A stretch of DNA of 39,360 bases from Candidatus Scalinduaceae bacterium (GCA_046759445.1 JBHICG010000028.1:1-39360); one strand, 5' to 3'; shown: positions 21,254 to 31,597, counted from the stretch's first letter. A program made the numbers and translations. Notes: generated by a model not told the origin, from the letters alone.

Positions 21254-22243
21254 ATGGAGAAAGGTTACAAGGCTTCAATTACGGGTATAGGTTCTTTCTT
21301 GCCCAAGAAAATTCTTACTAACGATGATCTAACAAAGATGCTTGATACAAGTGATGAATGGATTTCCAAGCGTACGGGAATCAAAGAGAGGCGTATTGTA
21401 GAAGATGGAACCGCAACTTCTGACCTGGCAATTGAAGCGTCATTACGTGCGCTTGATGATGCAAAGGTATTACCCTCCGAAATTGACCTCATTATTACTT
21501 CAACTATCACACCTGATTGTTTATTTCCTTCTACTTCTTGTTTTATACAAGAGAAAATAGGAGCGCATAATTCAGGTGCTTTTGATGTATTAGCGGCTTG
21601 TGCAGGATTCATTTATGCACTATCTATAGCTAAAAATTTTATCAATTCTGGTTCGGTAAAGACTGTTTTAGTTGTAGGTGCAGAATGTTTATCAAAGATC
21701 ACAGACTATTCTGATAAATCTACCAGCATTCTTTTTGGTGATGGAGCGGGTGCTGCTGTAGTACAAAGAAGCAATGGTAAACGTGAAATAATTACAACTC
21801 TTTTAGGTGCAGATGGAAGGCAAGCAGAGTTATTAATGCTTCCGGCAGGGGGTTCTAGATTACCTGCATCACATGAAACTATCGAGTCCCGTTCACATTA
21901 TATTCAGTTAAAGGGAAAAGAAGTATTCAAATTTACTGTTAATAACATGGTTGATGTGGTCAAAAAGACAATATATGAAAATAATATGAAGATTGATGAC
22001 ATTGATCTGATTATTCCTCATCAGAGTAATATCAGAATTATTGAAGCTGCAATGGAGAAACTAAATTTGCCGATGGAAAAGGCATACGTAAACATCGATA
22101 AGTATGGTAATACCTCCTCTGCTTCTATTCCTATTGCGATTGATGAAATAGAAAAAGTGAAAATGCTTAAACCTGGAGATAATGTAATTTTGGTTGCATT
22201 TGGAGGTGGTTTAACCTGGAGTTCATCTATTATTAAGTGGTAA
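21254..22243 (+). CDS. fabH: 3-oxoacyl-ACP synthase III
   Basis: WISKRTGIKERR, catalytic AACAGF, LFGDGAGA, PHQSN, YGNTSSAS, FGGGLTW. Confidence 0.98.
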   Translation: MEKGYKASITGIGSFLPKKILTNDDLTKMLDTSDEWISKRTGIKERRIVEDGTATSDLAIEASLRALDDAKVLPSEIDLIITSTITPDCLFPSTSCFIQEKIGAHNSGAFDVLAACAGFIYALSIAKNFINSGSVKTVLVVGAECLSKITDYSDKSTSILFGDGAGAAVVQRSNGKREIITTLLGADGRQAELLMLPAGGSRLPASHETIESRSHYIQLKGKEVFKFTVNNMVDVVKKTIYENNMKIDDIDLIIPHQSNIRIIEAAMEKLNLPMEKAYVNIDKYGNTSSASIPIAIDEIEKVKMLKPGDNVILVAFGGGLTWSSSIIKW

Positions 22244-22245
22244 AA

Positions 22246-23172
22246 ATGGCTAAGACAGCTTTTTTGTTTACAGGTCAGGGTTCACAATACGTTGGGATGG
22301 GTAAAGATATTTACTCGCAGTCCAGAGAAGCAAGAGAAATATACGAAAGAGCGAATGATATATTGAATTTTGACCTGTCGGGTATATGTTTTAATGGCAA
22401 ACAGGAAGAACTAAATAAAACATCAATCAGTCAGCCAGCAATTTTGGTTACAAGCATGGCATTCTTGAAGACATTTAAAGAACATTATAATGGGAGTATC
22501 CAGTGTCATGCAACGGCAGGTTTAAGCTTAGGTGAGTATACCGCACTTGTATTCGCAAATTCTATGTCATTTGAAGATGCTTTATGGCTTGTATATAAGC
22601 GTGGACAATTTATGCGCGAGGCGTGTAATAAGGAAAAAGGAACGATGGCATCGATAATAGGGTTGGAAGAATCAAAAGTTGAAGAGATATGTGAGTTAGC
22701 TGGAAAGTATGGAAAAATTTGTGCGGCGAATTATAATTCACCAATGCAAATAGTCATCTCTGGAAAAGAAGAAGCTGTAAAAAAAGCGATGGTTTTCGCA
22801 AAAGAAAAGGGAGCAAGAGCGGTAGTGCCATTAAAGGTTGATGGTGCATTTCATTCTGCTTTGATGGGCCCTGCAAGCAACAAACTTGCGAAAGAAATCG
22901 AAAAAACAAAAATTCTGAGAGCTGAAATACCCGTTATGGCAAATGTGCATGCGAAATACGTAAAAGACCCTGCAGAAATAAAATCTTCTCTCATTAAACA
23001 ACTTGACAGTCCTGTAAGATGGAATCATTCAATGCAAAATCTAATCGAAGATGGTATTGAAGAATTTTATGAAATTGGTCCAGGAAAGGTTCTTGCAGGT
23101 CTATTAAGAAAAATTGATCCTACTAAGAAAGTCAAAAATATCGAGAGCTACGAATCAATAGTAAATTTTTGA
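22246..23172 (+). CDS. fabG-adjacent in other taxa; here fabD: Malonyl-CoA:ACP transacylase
   Basis: FTGQGSQ, SQPAI, GLSLGEY (GxSxG), GAFHS, EIGPGKVL; ATG at 22246 just after the fabH stop. Confidence 0.97.
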   Translation: MAKTAFLFTGQGSQYVGMGKDIYSQSREAREIYERANDILNFDLSGICFNGKQEELNKTSISQPAILVTSMAFLKTFKEHYNGSIQCHATAGLSLGEYTALVFANSMSFEDALWLVYKRGQFMREACNKEKGTMASIIGLEESKVEEICELAGKYGKICAANYNSPMQIVISGKEEAVKKAMVFAKEKGARAVVPLKVDGAFHSALMGPASNKLAKEIEKTKILRAEIPVMANVHAKYVKDPAEIKSSLIKQLDSPVRWNHSMQNLIEDGIEEFYEIGPGKVLAGLLRKIDPTKKVKNIESYESIVNF

Positions 23173-23209
23173 AGAATTTTAGAAGGTTTACCTTAAGGAG
23201 GAAATAATC

Positions 23210-23461
23210 TTGTCCACAGAAGAACAAACAGTAGAAGAGAAAGTAAAAGAAATAATTACAAAACAAATGGGTGTAGGTAAAGAGCAGGTTATGCCGGAAA
23301 CATCTTTTGTAAATGATTTAGGTGCTGATTCACTTGATACGGTAGAGCTTGTTATGGAATTTGAGGATGCATTTGACATAAACATTCCTGATGAAGATGC
23401 GGAAAAAATCCAAACGGTAGGGGATGCAATAAAATACATTAAGGAGCATATACAAAAGTAA
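23210..23461 (+). CDS. acpP: Acyl carrier protein
   Basis: [20 protein letters not shown] phosphopantetheine site; AAGGAGG RBS and TTG start. Confidence 0.98.
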   Translation: MSTEEQTVEEKVKEIITKQMGVGKEQVMPETSFVNDLGADSLDTVELVMEFEDAFDINIPDEDAEKIQTVGDAIKYIKEHIQK

Positions 23462-24705
23462 TGGGGCGTAGAGTAGTTGTTACTGGTCTGGGCGCAATAA
23501 CCCCGTTTGGTCAGAACAAAGATCAACTTTGGGCATCATTATGTGATGGCAAAAGTGGTATTGGCAAGATAGAGGCTTTTGATACGTCAAATCACGAAGT
23601 TCTTATTGCAGGAGAGGTAAAGGATTTCGAGCCAAGTAAATGGTTTGACAGAAAGCAGGAAAGAAGAATCGACAGATTTACTCAATTCGCACTTTCCTCA
23701 TCAATTCTTGCCGTTAAAGATTCAGGGTTAGATTTCGATAAGATAGATCGAAATAAGGTTGGTGTAGTTATTGGCACAGGCATAGGCGGCATCCTTGAGA
23801 TTGAGGCACAATATAACGTTTTACTTCAGAAAGGCCCATCAAGAGTTTCTCCATTTATGGTTCCTAAATTAATGGCGAATGCCGCTCCTGGGTATATTGC
23901 CATTGAATTTGGTATTTATGCAGCAAACTTTTCGGTTGTCTCAGCATGCGCATCGGGCGCCCATGCTATTGTTGAAGCTTTCAAAATTATCCAGAGTGGA
24001 GAAGCTGACGTAATAATCACAGGTGGTACGGAAGCAGCAATAACACCACTCTGCGTGAGTGCATTTCATAATATGAAAGCATTGTCGTCCACAAGGAATG
24101 ATAATCCTCAGGCTGCAAGCAGACCATTCGATAGAGATAGAGATGGATTTGTCATATCAGAGGGTTCAGGGATTATAATCTTAGAAGAATTGGAAAAGGC
24201 AAAGAAAAGAAAATCCCATATCTATGCAGAGATACTTGGATTCGCTATGAGTGATGATGCTTATCATATTGCGGCACCACACCCCGAGGGTAAAGGTGCA
24301 TACGTTGCTATGAAAAAAGCCTTAGAATCTTCCAAATTGAATACAGAACAAATATCTTATGTCAATGCACATGCAACATCTACCCCACTGGGTGATAGGG
24401 TTGAGGTAGATACTATAAAGAAGATTTTTGGAAGTTATGTAAAAAATATATCAATTAGTTCAACAAAATCCATGTTAGGACACCAGTTGGGTGCTTCAGG
24501 TGGAGTTGAAGCATTGATATGTGCACTAATAGTAGACAAGGACGTGATACCACCTACGATAAATTATGAAACACCAGATCCAGACTGCAATGGTATAGAT
24601 TTTGTTCCGAATGTGGCTAAAGAGAAAAATATAGAAAATGTGATGACTAATTCATTTGGTTTCGGCGGACATAACGTAAGCATTGTATTAGGTAAAGTTC
24701 GTTAA
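23461..24705 (+). CDS. fabF: 3-oxoacyl-ACP synthase II
   Basis: RRVVVTGLG, catalytic SACASG, SRPFDRDRDGFV, NAHATST, KSMLGH, NSFGFGGHN; TAATG overlap with acpP. Confidence 0.98.
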   Translation: MGRRVVVTGLGAITPFGQNKDQLWASLCDGKSGIGKIEAFDTSNHEVLIAGEVKDFEPSKWFDRKQERRIDRFTQFALSSSILAVKDSGLDFDKIDRNKVGVVIGTGIGGILEIEAQYNVLLQKGPSRVSPFMVPKLMANAAPGYIAIEFGIYAANFSVVSACASGAHAIVEAFKIIQSGEADVIITGGTEAAITPLCVSAFHNMKALSSTRNDNPQAASRPFDRDRDGFVISEGSGIIILEELEKAKKRKSHIYAEILGFAMSDDAYHIAAPHPEGKGAYVAMKKALESSKLNTEQISYVNAHATSTPLGDRVEVDTIKKIFGSYVKNISISSTKSMLGHQLGASGGVEALICALIVDKDVIPPTINYETPDPDCNGIDFVPNVAKEKNIENVMTNSFGFGGHNVSIVLGKVR

Positions 24706-24736
24706 GAACGATTCACAATAGAGGTATCACTAAAAA

Positions 24737-26365
24737 TTATCTTGAAAATTCATATCTGCCATTATGAACGATGATATGTTTTCTCCAGTGTTTGTCATCA
24801 ATATCAGGAAAATCTACACGATAGTGAACGCCTCTCGATTCACATCTTTTGAAAGCCAAAGTAGAAATCAATCTTGATACTGTTAACATATTCTGTATTT
24901 CCCAACCAACAGGCATTGAGAATTCTTTGTTAATTATGTATTTGCACCAAATATTAATATTGTCAATTGCTTCTTTAAGATGCTCACCCTTTCTTTCAAT
25001 ACCAACACTTCTCCACATAAGGCTTTTTAAAGAATGTTTTACATCTTCCAAGTCCAGTTCACCATACAAATTACTTTTAAAGTTTTCTTTGACTGAATAT
25101 GGAGACATATCTCCTTTCTTCCTTCCTAGTATTTTACTTGCTTCATAACCAGTTCTGTAACCATATACTGAGCATTCAAGTAAAGAGTTGCTCCCCAATC
25201 GATTTGCCCCGTGTAATCCTGTACAAGATACTTCTCCACAAGCATAGAGATTTTTAATATTAGTTCTTCCTTTTTGATCAACTTTAATACCGCCAATCAT
25301 ATAATGAGCACTTGGATGTACGGGAATCAGCTGTTTCGCAATATCGATACCGAAAGATGCACATAATTTCTTAATCTTTGGGAATCTTGTACTAAGTTTT
25401 TCTTCTGGAACATGTCTAATGTCCAGATATACATGTGTATAGTTAGTCCTGTGTATTTCATGTAAAATGCATTTACTAACTATGTCCCTGGGAGCTAATT
25501 CAGCATTTTGATGGTATTTCTGCATAAACCTTTCGCCATTTTTATTTCTTAATATTCCTCCCTCACCACGAACCGTCTCAGAGATCAGCACTCTTTCTGC
25601 ACCAGGCACATATAATGTTGTTGGATGAAATTGTACAAATTCAAGATCCTGAAGTTTAACCCCGGCTCTATAAGCCATAGCGATTCCATCTCCGGTTGCT
25701 ATGTCTGGATTTGTTGTTTCCCTAAAAACCTGGCCACAACCACCTGAAGCTAATATAATCTGTTTGGCCCATATTAATATTTTTCCTCCTCTATTGCGCC
25801 ATGCTATAACACCATTACAGACATTATTACTTACCAGCAAATCAATAGCAAATGTGTGCTCATAAATCAGAATATGTGGATGATTGACAACCATATTTAC
25901 GAGGGTATCTTCAATTTCTTTACCTGTGGAATCGCCTCTCGCTCTTAGTATTCTGGGATGGCTATGCCCTCCTTCTTTTGTAAAAACCAAATCTCCGTTT
26001 TCCCTGTCAAATTTTGCTCCCCAGCCGATTAATTCATTTACACGCTTTGGACCATCTCTGACTATCCCGCTAACTATCACATCGTCACAAAGACCTTGAC
26101 CTGTATTAAGAGTATCGTTTATGTGTTCTTTAAAACTATCTTCAGGACACAGTCTGGCAGCGATCCCCCCTTGTGCATGTTCAGTGGAGTTCTCATTTAT
26201 CTTAGCTTTAGTTACTATTAAGACGGAACCTCCTTTGGCAGCATGAATAGCGGCGCTTAATCCTGCGATACCGCTTCCCACGATAAGTGTATCAGTAAAA
26301 ATATGTTGAAGAGCCGTACTATTAAATGATACCAAATATCTCCTGAATGTATTTTCGCTTGTCAT
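24737..26365 (-). CDS. nadB: L-aspartate oxidase
   Basis: IVGSGIAGL, AQGGIAA, EGGHS, QFHPT, LISETVRGEG, ELAPRDIV, GLHGANRLGSNSLLE, ESRGVHYR; ATG at 26365 (alternative TTG at 26374). Confidence 0.96.
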   Translation of the reverse strand: MTSENTFRRYLVSFNSTALQHIFTDTLIVGSGIAGLSAAIHAAKGGSVLIVTKAKINENSTEHAQGGIAARLCPEDSFKEHINDTLNTGQGLCDDVIVSGIVRDGPKRVNELIGWGAKFDRENGDLVFTKEGGHSHPRILRARGDSTGKEIEDTLVNMVVNHPHILIYEHTFAIDLLVSNNVCNGVIAWRNRGGKILIWAKQIILASGGCGQVFRETTNPDIATGDGIAMAYRAGVKLQDLEFVQFHPTTLYVPGAERVLISETVRGEGGILRNKNGERFMQKYHQNAELAPRDIVSKCILHEIHRTNYTHVYLDIRHVPEEKLSTRFPKIKKLCASFGIDIAKQLIPVHPSAHYMIGGIKVDQKGRTNIKNLYACGEVSCTGLHGANRLGSNSLLECSVYGYRTGYEASKILGRKKGDMSPYSVKENFKSNLYGELDLEDVKHSLKSLMWRSVGIERKGEHLKEAIDNINIWCKYIINKEFSMPVGWEIQNMLTVSRLISTLAFKRCESRGVHYRVDFPDIDDKHWRKHIIVHNGRYEFSR

Positions 26366-26400
26366 TGTAAACAAATATTGTTAAATTATTAAAGATTAAC

Positions 26401-26438
26401 TGTAAGTAGATTCTATACTTACAAAATAATATTGTCAA
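26401..26438 (-). promoter_or_regulatory. nadB sigma70 promoter with overlapping palindromic operator candidate
   Basis: Minus strand TTGACA (26438-26433), 17 nt, TAGAAT (26415-26410); perfect TGTAAGTA-N7-TACTTACA at 26401-26423 brackets the -10 box. Confidence 0.75.
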
Positions 26439-26643
26439 AAATTAAATATCACGATATTAATATTATATGGTAATCGATAAAACACAGTTTGCAGTATGAT
26501 TTGATTGTAATTATAGAATTTACCTTTTCCATCAAAATTTTCTTTACATCACAAAGTAAGTATTTTATATTCTTCAATATATAAAAGGTTATGCAAATTT
26601 TAGCGGGGTAAATATTTAATACAATGAAAGGGGGAGGTATCAT

Positions 26644-27045
26644 ATGGGAGCAACGGTAGATGGTTTTAAAGCAACACATCAAGCAGCGGCAGGTTTATTA
26701 GGACAGATAGATTCATCAAGCGGACAACAAAGGATTGATAATCTCAGTGCATTAAAGGATGCTTTATTAGCACATGTTGGTGAGGAAAACGAAGTCATAA
26801 AAGAGGCAATGGGCAAGGCAGACGCTGATGATTCATTTAAGACAGCAGGTCAAACATTTTTGGATGAACTTGGCAATATTGCTCAAACCGCGTTATTGCC
26901 TTTTTTTGATAAATATTCATCTGCTGATGCAGTAGACAGTGATGAGTTTACAAACGATTTCGGTGGTATAAAAGGCGCACTTGCAGATAGGATAGCATTT
27001 GAGGAAGGAAAGTTTTATCCAGAACTAGAGAGGTTAGGTTATTAA
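26644..27045 (+). CDS. Hemerythrin-like (HHE) four-helix protein
   Basis: GGAGGT RBS; H near the N-terminus, LLAHVGEEN, RIAFEEGKFYP pattern typical of hemerythrin-like domains. Confidence 0.75.
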   Translation: MGATVDGFKATHQAAAGLLGQIDSSSGQQRIDNLSALKDALLAHVGEENEVIKEAMGKADADDSFKTAGQTFLDELGNIAQTALLPFFDKYSSADAVDSDEFTNDFGGIKGALADRIAFEEGKFYPELERLGY

Positions 27046-27224
27046 GCTTTATTTTTTGTTATTAAATTGATTTCGTTTTTGCCCCGCTTTAATTTAGTAG
27101 CTAATCTTTTATTATTTATTATAACCCGATGACAATTTCTATCTTAGTTAGGATTTGTTGTTTATTTTCTAAAAAAATAACATAGTTAAAAATAGTTAAG
27201 GCTACACGACTATTTTCATATTCC

Positions 27225-27257
27225 CTGCTGGTTCAGGTTTGTAGCCCGAACCAGCAG
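27225..27257. repeat. Hairpin (REP-like or terminator) between convergent genes
   Basis: ctgctggttc...gaaccagcag perfect 10-bp stem; no strong U-tract. Confidence 0.55.
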
Positions 27258-27451
27258 ACCTCATACACTGTAATATTGAAATAAGAAAGTAACCTTATTT
27301 GCATTGTTTTATCCTGCATTATTTTCTCTACCTCAAACTTAAACCGAACAAGTAGGAAGTGGGATTAAGACTTCAGCCTTTTATTTGAAATAGTTTTCTT
27401 ACCAGAATTATTCAAAAATTATTATTAAGGCTTAAACCCTCCCGTTAATCA

Positions 27452-30400
27452 TTAGTTGCCGTCCATATCTCCTGTAGCCATAACCTCCGGGCTCAACGGG
27501 TGAAGCTTCTGCCAACTGGCATTGTTCTTCATAATCCACATGCCAATTCCTGTTCCAAAGTCTATAATGACCTCATCCTTGCCATTGCCGTCCATATCAC
27601 CTGTAACCATAGTCTCCGGGCTCAACGGGTGAAGCTTCTGCCAACTGGCATTGTTCTTCATAATCCACATGCCAATTCCTGTTCCAAAGTCTATAATGAC
27701 CTCATCCTTGCCATTGCCGTCCATATCACCTGTAACCATAGTCTCCGGGCTCAACGGATGAAGTTTCTGCCAACTGGCATTGTTCCTCCTAATCCATATG
27801 CCAATACCAGGTCCAAAGTCTATGACGACCTCATCCTTGCCGTTTCCGTCCATATCCCCCGTAACCATAGTCTCCGGGCTCAACGGATGAAGTTTCTGCC
27901 AACTGGCATCGTTCTTCATAATCCATATGCCAATACCAGGTCCAAAGTCTATGATGACCTCATCCTTGCCGTTTCCGTCCATATCCCCCGTAACCATAGT
28001 CTCCGGGCTCAACGGATGAAGTTTCTGCCAACTGGCATCGTTCCTCCTAATCCATATGCCAATACCAGGTCCAAAGTCTATGACGACCTCATCCTTGCCG
28101 TTTCCGTCCGTATCCCCCGTAACCATAGTCTCTGGGCGCAACGGATGAAGTTTCTGCCAACTGGTATCGTTCTTCATAATCCATATGCCAATACCAGGAC
28201 CAAAGTCTATAACAACTTCGCCCTTGCCATTGCCGTCCATATCACCTGTTGTCATGATCTCTGGAGAAACTTTGTGCAGCTTTTTCCATTTGCTGTTGTT
28301 CATCAGTATCCAGGCACCATGAATCTTGCCAAAATCAATGATGACTTCGTCAAGATAAGTTATAGCTACCGTAAACATATTTGGAAGCGTAGCAGATTGG
28401 TTATCTGGATTTGTTACCACCACGTTCCATTCCCCTGTCTTTGCGCCAGCGAGATTGATTGCGCACGTGATTTGGATTGAACTGACAACGGTTACATTGG
28501 TGGCGTCAATGTATGTCTGGCCAGCCTTTGTCAGCTTCACGGTTGCGTCTTTCTTAAATCCACTGCCTGCAATATTTGCGGTAACACTCTGACCTTTCTT
28601 GCCGAATGAGGGGGTGATTGTAGATACCGCTAATGGTGAATCGTAATAAATTGTTATTACTTGTGCAGTTATGTTTTTGTTATTACTGTTGTCATAGGCC
28701 ATTACGGTTATGGGGTTTGCTCCAAGATTTAGATTTACCACAATGTTCCAGTTAGCCGTAACATTACCCGATGCAGTATCATTATTCGCCCTGATTCCGT
28801 TTACTGTTACCTTCTCGATACCATTGTTGCCCAGACCTTCATCAGTCGCATTCCCTCTTAATGTTATGCTAGACGTGTTTACGTGATCTTCATTGTTATG
28901 ACTCGTTATATTGAGGCTCGGACCATTTGTGTCAGGAGGATTATAGGTTACAATGATTGTATCTTCGCTGCTAACATTACCAGCTACATCATATGCCCTT
29001 GCCTTAATTGTGTTAGTATCGGAAGTTAGAGTTATTCCAGCTACAGAAAAGGAAGCAGAATTGCCTGAAACACTGTTATCCCATCCACTGCTACTATTTG
29101 TTGTTTGGTTATAAACATAAACCTTATCTAATCCCGATCCACCAGAATCAGTAGCAGAACCACCTATCGTAATTAATGACGTTGAAGCAGGGCATGATGA
29201 ATTGCAGGGAGAAGTTATGTCTACTGTGGGGGAGATATTGTCAGATGGCTGACCTGTCATATCCACTGTCACAGATACTGTTTGTATAGTACCCCAATTT
29301 CCTGCATCATCCTTTCCTCTTACATTAATTTGGTATGGAGAATTGGTTGCAATCCAGGAAGATGTGTTTACGATTGCCTGTACGTTTTCTTGTATAGAAT
29401 TAAATGTGCCATCCACTGCATTCATTGCAGTTCCATTGCCTTCTCCAGGGTCAGAATTTCCAATGTAATATTCAGCAGCAGCAATGTTTGAGTTGCCATT
29501 TGAAGTATCATCAATTATTGCAGAAATCGTTATGGAATTATCGACTCCTTCTGTAATAGTGGCCTTTGAGGAGGACAGGTTTGTTACAATTGGGGCTATA
29601 GTATCATCTACAGTAAGTGTTATATTCACGCCATTAGGATAAGGATTTTCATCAGGATCATTAGAATAAACTATTAAACGATCAGTATTAGTTCCATAGT
29701 TTGCAAGACTCGGATTAACAATTACTGTTACATTTTGTGAATTTCCAGAATTGATGCTAAATGGTGGAGGAGGAGAAAAACTAAGCCACGAAGAATTATT
29801 TTCTTTAATTATATCGGTTATATTAAGGATACCTAAACCATCGTTATAAATTGTGAATGTTTTTGATTGTGACCCACTAGTCAAAACATCTGCAGTCATA
29901 ATATCGCCATAATTGGAAATATTTATTACAGAGATGTTTGTAGAAGTACCATTTTTCAATTTGGAATTAGGTAAGGTAGAATCAGTGAAGCTCGAATTAT
30001 TTCCACTAAAATAAAACATATCAGTATCAGCACGGCTTTCGTTTTCGTCCAATTTACTTTTTCCTAAACTCCCCTCATTGGCCTCCTCGATATCCACCCC
30101 TTTATCGTTTTCATCAGCATTAACCGTATTAGAACCAGGCCAGAGAACAGTCTTCAATTTATCAATATGATATATAACAAGACCACCATGCCCAGAGGCG
30201 CCTGTCCATCTCTGGAAGCCGATGTCGTAGCCAGAAGATTGCCTGTTTTCTATAAGGAAATATTGGTTTGGGTCTGTAGTATTTATCCTGAATATCGAAG
30301 CACTATTACCATCTGCCTTTGGGAAGGTAATTGATTGCCCTGACAATATAGTGGTTACTGTTCCCCATCCAAGAGATTCTTTACTCCATGCACAAAGATG

Positions 30401-31531
30401 TGTTGGAGAAGAACCTGCGTTAGACCCTGATGCAGCCCCCCAACTTCCTGTACCCATTAACCCAAATCCACCAATTCCTGCCGAATCCCCATTTAATGGT
30501 ACCGTATCATAAAGATCCGGCAATGAAAACATCAAATGCCCGAGTTCATGGCACATAATACCAATAGTAGCTAAATTTGCTCCATGCCTTTCACCAATCT
30601 GAGCATATTCAATTATTGTTTTCCCATCCACAGAAGGGTTACCAACACCCCACATACTCGACTTATGTCCCCATACTGACGGTGAAAGTGAGCCAGATAT
30701 TGATGCCTCATAGCCGGCTACTATGATAATGATTGACAGTTCTGTTGTTTCAATAATACTGTTACCATTAGTATCATACTGTGAATAATCAATGTAAGGA
30801 TCAGCAGCTACAATTGCATCTTTTGCTATTTGCTGATTTGCAATTACAATTGAAGATCCCGTATTGGGGTGGCTCCCACTCACCCTTATCCATCCTACAA
30901 ATCCGTCGTTGGCAGTACCATGAGATTCGGTTGCTGGAGAGACGCCTACGTTTGAGTATGAGATATTACTAAAATAATCTGCAACGCTGCCACTGGAGCC
31001 AAAAAATAGAGGTTGAATTTGTGTTACAGAATAATTAGCAGGCTGATCCGAATAATCTACCCCTATTACGAGTAGATTTTTAGTACCACTAACTGGCGCC
31101 TGTAAAGACATAGCTTCTGATGTAATTTTTGATGTAAGCATACTGGGTGACGTTTTTTTAGGAGGTCGTAAACCTTTGGGAATGCCTAACGTGGAAGGAT
31201 ATACCTCACCTACTACAATTTCAGTCATGATGTTCAAACTTAAAGATGAGGCATTAGAATTCTTTTCACCAGAAGGTACAAGATATTCCCAATTGCCATT
31301 GTCTTGATTATGCGAGATCCCATAACCATCTTTTGTCTCAAACCAGTTATACCATTCATCCCCTTTCTGTCTCGCCTCAAAGGAATAACCCAATGGTTGC
31401 TGTAATTCTATAAGTCCATCATAAGCTGGGACAGCCCATGAAATTGCCGGGCTAAAAAATATAAAAATAAATAATAGCCAAAGATATTTGTTAATATGAT
31501 AAAACGTTTTTTTGTAATCCATTGTTTGCAT
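27452..31531 (-). CDS. Secreted M6-family (immune inhibitor A-like) zinc metalloprotease with Ig-like/IPT domains and C-terminal FG-GAP/VCBS-like propeller
   Basis: Signal peptide ending SWA-VPA, propeptide GDEWYNWFET.DGY, GSVADYF, CHELGHLMFSLPDLYD (30536-30550 for HELGH), LMGTGSW, YFLIENRQ, then Ig-like domains and seven GDMDGNGK repeats. Confidence 0.9.
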   Translation of the reverse strand: MQTMDYKKTFYHINKYLWLLFIFIFFSPAISWAVPAYDGLIELQQPLGYSFEARQKGDEWYNWFETKDGYGISHNQDNGNWEYLVPSGEKNSNASSLSLNIMTEIVVGEVYPSTLGIPKGLRPPKKTSPSMLTSKITSEAMSLQAPVSGTKNLLVIGVDYSDQPANYSVTQIQPLFFGSSGSVADYFSNISYSNVGVSPATESHGTANDGFVGWIRVSGSHPNTGSSIVIANQQIAKDAIVAADPYIDYSQYDTNGNSIIETTELSIIIIVAGYEASISGSLSPSVWGHKSSMWGVGNPSVDGKTIIEYAQIGERHGANLATIGIMCHELGHLMFSLPDLYDTVPLNGDSAGIGGFGLMGTGSWGAASGSNAGSSPTHLCAWSKESLGWGTVTTILSGQSITFPKADGNSASIFRINTTDPNQYFLIENRQSSGYDIGFQRWTGASGHGGLVIYHIDKLKTVLWPGSNTVNADENDKGVDIEEANEGSLGKSKLDENESRADTDMFYFSGNNSSFTDSTLPNSKLKNGTSTNISVINISNYGDIMTADVLTSGSQSKTFTIYNDGLGILNITDIIKENNSSWLSFSPPPPFSINSGNSQNVTVIVNPSLANYGTNTDRLIVYSNDPDENPYPNGVNITLTVDDTIAPIVTNLSSSKATITEGVDNSITISAIIDDTSNGNSNIAAAEYYIGNSDPGEGNGTAMNAVDGTFNSIQENVQAIVNTSSWIATNSPYQINVRGKDDAGNWGTIQTVSVTVDMTGQPSDNISPTVDITSPCNSSCPASTSLITIGGSATDSGGSGLDKVYVYNQTTNSSSGWDNSVSGNSASFSVAGITLTSDTNTIKARAYDVAGNVSSEDTIIVTYNPPDTNGPSLNITSHNNEDHVNTSSITLRGNATDEGLGNNGIEKVTVNGIRANNDTASGNVTANWNIVVNLNLGANPITVMAYDNSNNKNITAQVITIYYDSPLAVSTITPSFGKKGQSVTANIAGSGFKKDATVKLTKAGQTYIDATNVTVVSSIQITCAINLAGAKTGEWNVVVTNPDNQSATLPNMFTVAITYLDEVIIDFGKIHGAWILMNNSKWKKLHKVSPEIMTTGDMDGNGKGEVVIDFGPGIGIWIMKNDTSWQKLHPLRPETMVTGDTDGNGKDEVVIDFGPGIGIWIRRNDASWQKLHPLSPETMVTGDMDGNGKDEVIIDFGPGIGIWIMKNDASWQKLHPLSPETMVTGDMDGNGKDEVVIDFGPGIGIWIRRNNASWQKLHPLSPETMVTGDMDGNGKDEVIIDFGTGIGMWIMKNNASWQKLHPLSPETMVTGDMDGNGKDEVIIDFGTGIGMWIMKNNASWQKLHPLSPEVMATGDMDGN
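27455..28351 (-). repeat. Intragenic tandem array: 7 x 129 bp (43 aa)
   Basis: Units DEV(I/V)IDFG.GIG.WI..N.ASWQKLHPLSPETMVTGDMDGNGK; 897 bp equals 7 x 129 minus 6; units 2-7 nearly identical in DNA. Confidence 0.95.
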
Positions 31532-31597
31532 GGCATTAAAAATACGAAAGATAAACTCTCAGAATAAAAATATAAGTATCTAATACTAATGAAATAG

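Noticed and set aside
27455..28351. Repeat array as CRISPR or as a DGR template/variable pair
   Set aside because: Units are contiguous and in frame with no unique spacers; differences are not adenine-specific; no cas or reverse transcriptase gene in the window.
27500..28480. 326-aa repetitive ORF on the + strand
   Set aside because: Antisense shadow of the 129-bp coding repeat; one stop-free unit repeated gives a long ORF with no protein-like features.
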